A stretch of DNA of 64,000 nucleotides, taken from Nemertoderma westbladi (lineage: Eukaryota > Animalia > Xenacoelomorpha). Positions 25,537 to 34,764 of the stretch are shown here, one piece after another. Under the pieces are notes generated by a model. The model was not told the DNA's origin. It saw only the letters and a program-made list of their open reading frames with translations, and searched no databases. The stretch lies in assembly GCA_032718475.1 (NCBI GenBank), contig JAUCBJ010000577.1:1-64000 (forward strand), in the 5' to 3' direction. Positions within the stretch are counted from its first letter, which is position 1. Each line of letters opens with the position of its first letter. The position numbers were made by a program, and so were the translations under genes.

Positions 25537-28500
25537 CCACCCCCCGTATAAGATGTGGAGCATCAGTTATTTTAAAATAGCATCTTGATTTTTCTTTATT
25601 AAAAGTAACAGTCTTTTTGGGTTTTTTTATATCACGTTTACTGTTTGTTAAAAAATGTTGAGCTAAATTAACAGCGTTGTCTAGCAAACGTGTACGAATT
25701 TTGAAATAATTACAATCGAATTTGGAAATTTGTAACTTGTTTACAAAATCAGTTCTATTGGTAGCAAAATATCTAACAGGTAAGGCGTTAGCTGGACAAA
25801 TATTTCCGTATATTTTTGTATTCTCGGGTAATATTAATCCAGGCCAGGGTGGATAGTTTTTACTTTTTCCTATTATGACGTCATCAGTTCGTACATCGGA
25901 ATTTCCATTAGATCTTTTGGATAGAATTGAAGTAGGTTTAGCTTTATCTTGTTCTCCTCGATTAGTTAGTAGTTTTTGTTTTACCTGAGTAATTCCAGTT
26001 GTGATTTCTTTTCTCTGTGATTCATTTATGACGAATGCAGGTTTTGTACGATCGATAGAAATTTTCTCATGGTATTTTTTCTTTAACACAGTGATAGTTT
26101 TATCGTCTCTGTCCAAAACTTCAAATGGACCAGAGTAACAGTCACTTAAAGTTGATTTCTTTCTGTCGTTTCGTATCCACACGTGAGTTGCTTTATGTAG
26201 TTCCTTAGGAATATATGTTGGTGCTGTGTGTTTGCGTTCTGGAGCAGCAAATGAGTTTATTGTTTCAAACAAATTGTCCATATAATTCGGTAAATATGCT
26301 TCAGTTTCATTCTTGGAAGAAGGAATTAGGAATTGTCCAGGTAGGTCAATGGGTCCGCCATAGACCATTTGGGATGGACTATAACCTTGGCAGTTCACTG
26401 ATGCGCGCAATCCTAAAAGGATTAATGGCATTGTCTCTGACCAGCTGCGATTTGTTGAAGCATGTGCTCTTAGAGCATTTTTCAATGTGCGATGGAATCT
26501 CTCCACGGCTGAATTTGACATCGGGTGGTAAGTTGTTGTTCGTTTGCGATTGATGCCTAATTGTCTCATTAGTTCTCCCCACACAGTGGACTCAAATTGA
26601 GTTCCTCGGTCGGAAATTAATTCTCTAGGGACTCCAAAACGACTAATCCACGCAGTAATTAGGGCGTTTGCTACTGTTTCTGTATCAATTTGCTTTACAG
26701 GAACTACTTCGGGCCAGCGTGTGAAGCGGTCAATGATAGTCACCAAGTGAGTAAAATCCTTTGAGGGAGGTAATGGCCCCACTAGGTCTATGTGAATGGT
26801 ATGGAATCGATCTGTTGTAGGTATTGTACCAATAGGAGATTTCGTATGTCGCACAATTTTGCATTGCTGACACCTAAGACATTGGCGGCACCATGTTCGT
26901 ATATCTTTACTCATACCTGGCCATACATGTTTCTCTGCAATGAGTTTGATTGTTGCCCGGTGCCCCAAATGTGCCAGATTATGATGTTTCTCAAATGTTG
27001 TGAAACGCATACTTGTTGGTAAATAAGGACGTAAAGTTGACTTTTCTTCATTACACCAAATGAAATTGTCACCCACAGGTATCTTCTTCAATGGTAGCGT
27101 TGTGTTCTTAAAGAACTCTTGCAGTGAAGTATCAGAGTTTTGGGCTTCGACCAGTGACTCATCACATGTAGTAGTTATGGTCAATAAAGATCTTGATAAC
27201 GCGTCAGCTACTATGTTGGATGAACCAGCAATGTGCTTTATAGTACAATTGAACTCAGATATAAATGAAATCCACCTTGTTTGCTGTGGTGTTGGGTTTT
27301 TCATTGTGAGCATGTCAATCAATGGTTTATGGTCCGTTTTAATCACAAAATCTGTACCGAGTAACCACGGGAAGTGTTTAAGTGATAGGTAAATGGATAA
27401 TAATTCTCGATCGAAAGTAGATTTTCTCGATTCATTGGAACTAAATTTCGCAGAAAAGAATCCTAAAGGTTGTTTGTTGTTGTCTATAATTTGATGAAGA
27501 ACTGAACCAGCTGCTACATTGGAAGCATCTGTTGTAATTTCGAGTTCCAATTTAATAGTCTTTGTGTTTGGAAATGCAAGAACCACACTATCTGTAATAG
27601 CTATTTTCAGTTTATTAAAAGCTTCCGTTTCATTGTCACTCCAATTTAATGTGTTATTGCTTTTGGATTTTCGATCTCGCGTCATGTCGGTTAAAGGAGC
27701 AGCGATTCCCGAGAAATTTGGAACAAATCGGTGATAGAATCCTGCCATGCCTAGCAGGCGTTTGAGTCCTTTAATGGAGGTGGGTTTTGGGTAATTAACA
27801 ATTGCCTCAACTTTCTCAGGTAGTGGTTTGATGCCTTCAGCTGAAATGTGGGCACCTACAAACTTTACACTGCTGCAAAAGAAAATACATTTTTCTTCTC
27901 GTAGTCGTAAACCAAATATATTTAAACGATGTAATATGGAGTCTAGATGTTGTAGATGTTCTATGGGATTTTTGCTAGCAACCAATATGTCATCTAGATA
28001 TACCCAAGCAAAAGCAATGTCTTGTAAAACTGTATCCATAAGACGTTGAAAAGTCTGAGAAGCATTTCTTAGTCCATACGGCATTCTCCGAAAAATATAC
28101 AAACCAAATGGGGTAATTACAGCAGCTTTATGTTGATCATCTTTTGCTATTGGTATTTGAGTGTAAGCAGATTGTAAATCTAATTTGGAAAATATTGTAG
28201 AACCATGTAGAGCACCTGGTATTTCGCTTAAATTCGGCATAGGATATCTATCCGGAATTGTCTGAGCATTTAAACCACGGTAATCACCGCAAGCGCGAAA
28301 AGGTGTTGTTTTCGAGTTTGGTTGTGGAACCATATGTAATGGTGATGCATATGGGGATTCACCACGGTAGCATATACCTTGGGATTCCCATTTAGCAAAT
28401 ACCTTCTTTGCCTCATCCAAACGTTCGCCAAAAAGTCGTCTGGCTTTAAAATGGGATGGATGTCCAGTAGTGAGAATATTATGTTCTATATCATGTTTAA

Positions 28501-29074
28501 TGGGTTGGAAAATATTTACGGGTTTAAATATGTCTGGGTATTTGTCCAAGAGGTCATTAACCTTACTGTTGAACTCTTGATTTTCTACTGTTATTCTTCG
28601 AATTGTTGGTGTTAATTGGATTTCAGTTTTATTAATTTGCTTCTCATTTGACTTGCGGTTGGTTGTATCTTTGTTTTGTGTTGGATCATTGCTGGAGAAT
28701 GTTATATCATTTAGAGGAATTAATCGATTGTTAGTGCAATCTACTAGAAGCTTGTGCTTTGCAAGAAAATCTGCCCCTAGTATTGGTTGAGGAATGTCTC
28801 CAATGTAAAATGTCCAGGAATAGAGTTTATTATTAACATTGGGTAAAGTAAATTGTAGTTTTTCTATACCAATGACGTTTATTTCAGTTTGGTTGGCCGC
28901 TTTTAATATAATGTTTGGAACTGGACGCATATCGGAAGTAGCATATTGTGTAGGCAGTACACTAACTTCACTACCACTATCCGCTAAAAATTCTTTTACA
29001 AGTCCAGTTGCGGTCACATATATAGCGTTGACTCCATCACCAGCCGCTCGAGTGGTGGAGTCTATCAGTTTCCC
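25532..29074 (-). CDS. pol: Gypsy Pol (protease, RT, RNase H, integrase, C-terminal PWWP-like domain), likely via -1 frameshift
   Basis: FLADSGS, YASPLHMV, YLDD, TDAS, HNLAH..CLRC, HIDLVGP, SDRGTQF, ERFHR, GPF; G GGA AAC slippery site at 29068-29074. Confidence 0.95.
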   Translation of the reverse strand, partial: GKLIDSTTRAAGDGVNAIYVTATGLVKEFLADSGSEVSVLPTQYATSDMRPVPNIILKAANQTEINVIGIEKLQFTLPNVNNKLYSWTFYIGDIPQPILGADFLAKHKLLVDCTNNRLIPLNDITFSSNDPTQNKDTTNRKSNEKQINKTEIQLTPTIRRITVENQEFNSKVNDLLDKYPDIFKPVNIFQPIKHDIEHNILTTGHPSHFKARRLFGERLDEAKKVFAKWESQGICYRGESPYASPLHMVPQPNSKTTPFRACGDYRGLNAQTIPDRYPMPNLSEIPGALHGSTIFSKLDLQSAYTQIPIAKDDQHKAAVITPFGLYIFRRMPYGLRNASQTFQRLMDTVLQDIAFAWVYLDDILVASKNPIEHLQHLDSILHRLNIFGLRLREEKCIFFCSSVKFVGAHISAEGIKPLPEKVEAIVNYPKPTSIKGLKRLLGMAGFYHRFVPNFSGIAAPLTDMTRDRKSKSNNTLNWSDNETEAFNKLKIAITDSVVLAFPNTKTIKLELEITTDASNVAAGSVLHQIIDNNKQPLGFFSAKFSSNESRKSTFDRELLSIYLSLKHFPWLLGTDFVIKTDHKPLIDMLTMKNPTPQQTRWISFISEFNCTIKHIAGSSNIVADALSRSLLTITTTCDESLVEAQNSDTSLQEFFKNTTLPLKKIPVGDNFIWCNEEKSTLRPYLPTSMRFTTFEKHHNLAHLGHRATIKLIAEKHVWPGMSKDIRTWCRQCLRCQQCKIVRHTKSPIGTIPTTDRFHTIHIDLVGPLPPSKDFTHLVTIIDRFTRWPEVVPVKQIDTETVANALITAWISRFGVPRELISDRGTQFESTVWGELMRQLGINRKRTTTYHPMSNSAVERFHRTLKNALRAHASTNRSWSETMPLILLGLRASVNCQGYSPSQMVYGGPIDLPGQFLIPSSKNETEAYLPNYMDNLFETINSFAAPERKHTAPTYIPKELHKATHVWIRNDRKKSTLSDCYSGPFEVLDRDDKTITVLKKKYHEKISIDRTKPAFVINESQRKEITTGITQVKQKLLTNRGEQDKAKPTSILSKRSNGNSDVRTDDVIIGKSKNYPPWPGLILPENTKIYGNICPANALPVRYFATNRTDFVNKLQISKFDCNYFKIRTRLLDNAVNLAQHFLTNSKRDIKKPKKTVTFNKEKSRCYFKITDAPHLIRGVV

Positions 29075-30219
29075 GGTGTCTTTCTCCCCCCAGCAATCTC
29101 TGGGTCCCACTGGCAGTTTTCTCCCATACACTTAGTAGCATTCTTACCGAATTTCCAATGGTACCAACAAAATTTTCCATCAGGGTTGAAGGAACGTGAT
29201 TTGGAACGAGTTTGGCGGTAATCTCTTGGAGCTGATGGAGATCTCGAGGCGGAATATCTTTCTCGACTGTTCCCTGGATTACGACTCAATCCTCGTGAGC
29301 GATCGTCTTGAGTGGATAACCGGTTGATGGCATGGGTTAACTTGGTCATTTGCTGTGTGATATTACTGCACCAGAGTTCCATGGGGTATCCATCGGCTGC
29401 AGTGGCGCCTCCAGTTGTAGTTGTGTTGTTTGGATTAGGCCTAAACGTAGAGGTGTGGTTGATTGGAACTGTAACACTGTTTACATTGACTGGGCTGGTA
29501 TATATTTGTTCAACCATACGATCCGCAATTTCAGCGAGTTTTTCGGTTGAGATTCCATCAATTGATATTAGCGCTAAACGGACAGGTTCGGGTAAAATCT
29601 CCAAAAATCGTAGTTTAACTATGTTTTCGTTATGCGGAGCTAAACGTAACAGTTGTCTCAGGGCGACGGAGGGTTTGCGGTCGCCAAGGGTTTGATCCTG
29701 GAGCAGCTTCTTTAGTCGTCGTTCCTCACTGTCGTCAAAAAATTTTATTACACTGGATTTTATAGTTTCAAAATTATCGGAAACATGTACGCCGCTGTCG
29801 AAGATTACATTTGTTGGTAGGACTCTTAGCAGACTGTTTTTCATAACTTCTTCGGATGAGTTAGAGAGGATTTGTTCGATTTGATCAAACCAGATCCTTG
29901 AATCTTTTTCGTAGAAGTTCGGTAATTTCACCGTAATTGTAGTCGGATTCGGGATTAACGATGGGTTGCCACCAACGTGGGAAGGAGGTTTAGTTAGAGT
30001 CTGTTGGACGTGATTGAAAGCTAATTGAATAACGGATGGAAGTTCGCTATTAAGAGCGTCGAGGAGGTCCTGTTTAGTGGATGGCATTCCAGCAAAGTTG
30101 GGATCGTCTTGATGGATTAATTGTAACATGGCTTCTAATATAGCCTTGGGTTGGTTGTGTAAGTCTGGCATTATGATTATACGGTACCGGTCAGCCGGTG
30201 CTGATCTTCCAATTATCAC
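29065..30219 (-). CDS. gag: Gypsy Gag
   Basis: VKLPNFY..WF.QIE, LGDRKPS, CWYHWKFG.NA.KC..C motif; overlaps pol frame; true ATG probably near 30171. Confidence 0.92.
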   Translation of the reverse strand: MIIGRSAPADRYRIIIMPDLHNQPKAILEAMLQLIHQDDPNFAGMPSTKQDLLDALNSELPSVIQLAFNHVQQTLTKPPSHVGGNPSLIPNPTTITVKLPNFYEKDSRIWFDQIEQILSNSSEEVMKNSLLRVLPTNVIFDSGVHVSDNFETIKSSVIKFFDDSEERRLKKLLQDQTLGDRKPSVALRQLLRLAPHNENIVKLRFLEILPEPVRLALISIDGISTEKLAEIADRMVEQIYTSPVNVNSVTVPINHTSTFRPNPNNTTTTGGATAADGYPMELWCSNITQQMTKLTHAINRLSTQDDRSRGLSRNPGNSRERYSASRSPSAPRDYRQTRSKSRSFNPDGKFCWYHWKFGKNATKCMGENCQWDPEIAGGRKTPGN

Positions 30220-30281
30220 TTCGGTACACAGTTTTGTAGTAAGTTTTTTTTTATCTCAGTAGTTCGACGTCTGGGTCACCA

Positions 30282-30543
30282 TATATAATGTTGAGGTAAT
30301 TATCAATAATTATCAAATATAAAATACAATTTATTATAACAATAAACTTTAATATTTATTAGAACTTATCTATTAGTTATTCTTACTGCATACTGTTTAC
30401 AAATATATAAATCAAATTATTAACTCTAAGGATCTCACTAGCAGATCAATCAAAATCTTTTTTCCTTCAGTACCGGTAGTTGTTATTATATAATCAATAA
30501 TAAAAAGTCTTTTTACTAATCAAACAAAATACAGTACACTATA
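30282..30543 (-). repeat. Gypsy 5' LTR
   Basis: Direct repeat of 25274-25536, adjacent to PBS. Confidence 0.93.
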
Positions 30544-30904
30544 TGTGTAGAACGAATCGTTGGTAATTTGTGTTTTAATGTTATGTCAAAAACATAATTA
30601 ATATAATATGACATTTTACATACCCATATATTTTCGCACATTCCCATCTTCCCACATTCCTATCCTTTACAACATTCCCATCCTTTCCCAAATTCCCAAT
30701 TTTCCCATATTCCAATCTTCCCTCATTCCCATATTGCCATCTTCCCATAATCCCATCATTCGTGTATTGGCAAAAGCAATGGTAAAAGCACAGCGCGTAA
30801 ACCACCGTGACACGTTATACGTGAATGCTGCACTGTATGCATAGCTTGAAATTTATATCCTTTGATACCTATATGAGGAGAAGGGAGTATCATCATTCAA
30901 CAAC

Positions 30905-31003
30905 TATAGTTGTGGGGCGAGCCACGAAGTTGGCGGAGCCTTAGCGAATTGAAACTGTTAGGGGGTGGGTCAATTTATGCAAATAGTTGTCGTCGTCGTC
31001 GTT

Positions 31004-31035
<32 letters not shown>

Positions 31036-31892
31036 TACGATTTTGACATGCTAATAACTTTGTCGGATTTAAAGCTGCCAAGTTGAAAATTTGTAGGTAT
31101 CAATATGAGCAAAAGTTGAGATTTTTGAGAGACTTTCAGACACCATCAGTGCAATGGTCTCCCGCTAGAGGGCCACATGTCTAAACATTAAATGCCCTCC
31201 CATTTCTTTGCTTTTAATCCGTTTAAGCTGAAACTTGGCAGATATGTATTACACCATTAGCTGTGACTTTCAAAGGAGGCGAATCTATCTGCAGTTCTCC
31301 AGTCTGCCGCTAGAGGGCCAAAGGTCTGAAAGTGAAATCGTTGTCGTCGTTACGATTTTGACATGCTAATAACTTTGTCGGATTTAAAGCTGCCAAGTTG
31401 AAAATTTGTTTTGTTGAAAATCAGTTCAACAGTCACCCGCTATAGGACTACTTTATGCCTGAAAGTGAATAGATTCTCCCGTCTCATTGATTTTAATCAG
31501 TTTAAGCTGAATCTTGCCATATATTCTGGACCACATGCTGCGTCTTTGTGGGGGGGGGGGGGGGGGGGGAGATTTAATCGGTCTGCCGCTATACGACGAA
31601 ATTTCTGAAAGTGAGATCCGTCTCTCATTTCGTTATCCGTTATTCAAGATGAAACTTGGCCGATGTACGTATGTACTATTCATCCATAGGCTGTGTCTTT
31701 GTGGGGCTGGAGACCCTAATCCATCTTCAGTTCTCACTATACCGCTAGAGTCAGAAATGTCTGAATAGAAATGAAAGAGGTAAAAAGTGTTTAGGCGAAA
31801 TCTGCTTAAAATTTGCTAATACAGTAATACTTTCGAATTAGTACTTAAATTAAATTTAAGTCACGTGCTGCGCGAAGGCCCCACTTCGTGTT
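30905..31892 (+). mobile_element. Helentron/DINE-1-like non-autonomous element
   Basis: Subterminal inverted GTGGGGC...GCCCCAC, (GTC)n microsatellite, repeated TGAAA(A/C)TT(T)G core; same 3' end motif at ~24135-24165. Confidence 0.6.
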
Positions 31893-32991
31893 ATTCTATG
31901 TTTGTTTAGGGGTGTATTATAGAAAGTAGGGTTCCAGAATTTTTCAAATTATCAAGTACCTCAGATACTAGCAGACAGCTGATACAAATTTATCCAACCG
32001 TTTGTTTCTCGGAATACAAGAAATAGTAGGCCTATATATTTGTAGGCCTATTATTCTCAGACTCAGTGACAATAACAGGTACATACGGAAGGGTATTAAG
32101 GCGAACGCAATCTCATGTGCAAACGAATGATATTAATCTCAAGTTTTATTTTTCTATGTAACCAATAAAATCGAATCATCATAATCGCTTAGTACATATT
32201 TGCCATCATCAATATGCATTTATTTACTTACTATTGGTCCATCCCTTCAAATTCACTTTATACTATATACCTGTATGAACTTGACGATACTTCATAAACC
32301 TACAGAATTAATTATAATAGCGCATTATTATCTAAACATCGCACGTCTATCTTAGTTAGGGACACAACAGTGCGAAATTTCGTCGGATTTCAAACCTCTC
32401 CGCCAAACACTGGTTGGTGGTTCAAGGCTGTATCCACTCGGACACAGCGGACACTGGATGTGCCATGGCGCATGTTGGGTTTAAAACACCCCACATTATA
32501 TCAGATTGAAAGCAGAGCAGAGCTGAAAGCTGAAATAACTCAGACAATGTTTTGCGTTATCCCTGTCTTAATGGCAGAAGATAACCTTACATTTCTTTCA
32601 ATTTACAGAATTAGGCACTTCACGGCTGTACATCTTCATGTTCGGTGACAAGATTGGCCAATAAATCACGGATTTTAATGTTGCAATGTGATCAGACCCT
32701 CGTTTTACAAATTAGCTCATGAACTGTTGCTCAAGTTACAGTGTGAAGACATTTAGATGACGTCCCGAAACCCAGAAGACTTTTTAAAACCAATCCTCAC
32801 ATTCTATTGGCTGAGCTGGGAGCCTGGATCATGCACCCGTGATTTGGGCGTGTCCAAGAGCACCTTTCCTAGGGGTTTCAATTGATTTCATGATAACTTT
32901 AGCTTCTGCTTCAACATGGCAGATGAAATTGATTTTCCAATAAACTATTATCCTTCTAGTCACTACAGATGAATATCTTAAGAACGATAGT

Positions 32992-34599
32992 TGTTGCCGT
33001 TATCCCTACACCAGGGGGAAAAACGCCGATGCTGGAGACGTGACTTAACAGACCACCGAGCCCCGGCCAGTCACCGGATATTGATTGTGGGGAGGGAATA
33101 TTTTCTGAGATGCAAGTTTGCGGTTGATAAAAAGCTGCATTAGTTGGATATACTCTTTAATGTAACTTCCTATAGTTGAAACCTGTTCAACATCATTGAA
33201 ACTTGATTAAGAATAATTTTGGGCTTCCCCAAATCAATATACACCAAATATTCACAATAATTATACACGATAATATAAATCCCTACAGTATATTATTTAA
33301 TAACCCACTGTTTGCTCAGAATTTTAGCCTACCTAATGTTCCCCAGATTTTCCCTCGGTCCCAGTCTTAGTGCCGTAGTGTCGGTGTCGGTCGACCCTGT
33401 CGCGTGTCCGTTCCACCCCTCACGAACCCCGAAGGGAACGATCATCGAGAACCAGCACGGCTTGGCTAAGGGTCGGTCCAGTCGGTAGACTCTGTCGCGT
33501 ATCCGTACCACCCCTCTCGAACCCCGAAGGGTTCGGTCATCGAGAACCAGTACGGCTTGGCTAGGAGTCTGTCGTGTCGGTGGACCCGTTCGCGTGTCCG
33601 TTCCACCCCTCACGAACCCCGAAGGGTTCGATCATCGAGAACCAGAACGGCTTGGCTAGGGGTCCGTCGGTTCATCACAGAAACCCAACCACCTAGGCTT
33701 TCCGAGTCCGTTTCAGGCTCGTAGTCGCTTCGGCAGCCGAGAAACTGCTCCGAACAGTCGGTAGGCCAGTAGAGTCTAGTCGAGTCTAGTCCTTTGTCTT
33801 TCGACCCCATCGCGTGTCCGTTCCACCCCTCACGAACCCCGAAGGGTTCGATCATCGAGAACCAGTACGGCTTGGCTAAGGGGTCTGTCGTCGGTTCCCG
33901 TCGCAAATCCCAGTACAAGCAGTCAGCGTTCCGAGTTCTTTTCAGTCTCGTAGTAGCTGCCGTTGACCAGAGACCGCTAAGGGCAGTTCTCGTCAAACCC
34001 GTCCTGTGGCCAGCCCTTTCGCATGTCCGTCCCACCCCTCACGAACCCCGAAGGGATCGGTCATCGAGAACCAGTACGGCTTAGGTCAGGGGGCAGTCGT
34101 TAGTTGGCCACCCGTTCGCGTGTCCGCTCCACCCCTCACGAACCCCGGGGTTCGATCATCGAGAACCAGAACGGCTTGGCTACTAAGGGGCCGTCGGTGC
34201 CCGTCGCAAATCCCTGACACAAGCAGTCAGCGGTCCGAGTTCTTTTCAGTCTCGTAATGGCTGCTGTTGGCCAGGGACCGCTAAGGGCAGTCCTTGTCCT
34301 TTAGGCCTGGCGCATTACCAAATCCACCCCTACAGGCAGCAGGAAGTTGGCCAGGGCCTAATAGTACTCAGGCTAACCTGAATACTGCTTGCATTTTCCA
34401 TCCCCCCTGGCCCTTATAACTATGAAATTATTCCCGTACCCTGTAAGTTGCCCCAAAGTTCGCCCATAAATCGGCCCCAGTTTATTGAATGTGCCCAAAA
34501 CCCATGGTCCCGCACCCAGTAGTAATATCGGAATAATCAATTTTAATAAAATACAAAAATATTCAACTCGCGTTATGGAAAGTTGAAATACCGCGAACA
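32992..34599 (-). repeat. 3' LTR of BEL element 2 (~1.6 kb), six internal hairpin repeats
   Basis: Direct repeat of 43015-44474; PPT adjacent; left boundary less certain. Confidence 0.88.
33390..34262 (-). ncRNA. Array of predicted structured RNA elements within the LTR
   Basis: Six ~75-95-nt units with CGAACCC-UUCG-GGGUUCG and covarying stems, plus three CGAG..GAAA..CUCG hairpins. Confidence 0.6.
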
Positions 34600-34764
34600 G
34601 TCCCCCCCAATGACCTTCGTGAAGTCTGTCGGTCGATTGAGTTTGCGTAGGTCATTCCCAATATAAAAAACCCAAATTTAATATTGCATAGTTTTTAATT
34701 AATTTGGCCTAGAGTTTGTATAAAAATAAATGTTCGATAAATGTTCCTGGAATATCCCAATCCA

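Larger units (their letters stand above)
25274..30543 (-). mobile_element. Full-length Ty3/Gypsy LTR retrotransposon, apparently intact
   Basis: Near-identical ~262-bp LTRs; PBS TGGTGACCC just inside the 5' LTR (30281 downward); PPT 25537-25546; TGTG(T) TSD; open gag and pol. Confidence 0.96.

Noticed and set aside
32370-32940. Possible upstream exons of the membrane-protein gene
   Set aside because: Moderately GC-rich but no convincing frame or splice sites found
33329-34257. ORFs within the BEL 2 LTRs (also 43352-43959)
   Set aside because: Translations of hairpin repeats; they differ between LTRs and have no recognisable domain
33390-34262. CRISPR-like repeat/spacer array with self-matching spacers
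   Set aside because: Eukaryotic LTR, 75-95-nt repeats, irregular and partly duplicated spacers, no cas genes; the self-matches are one recurring hairpin motif
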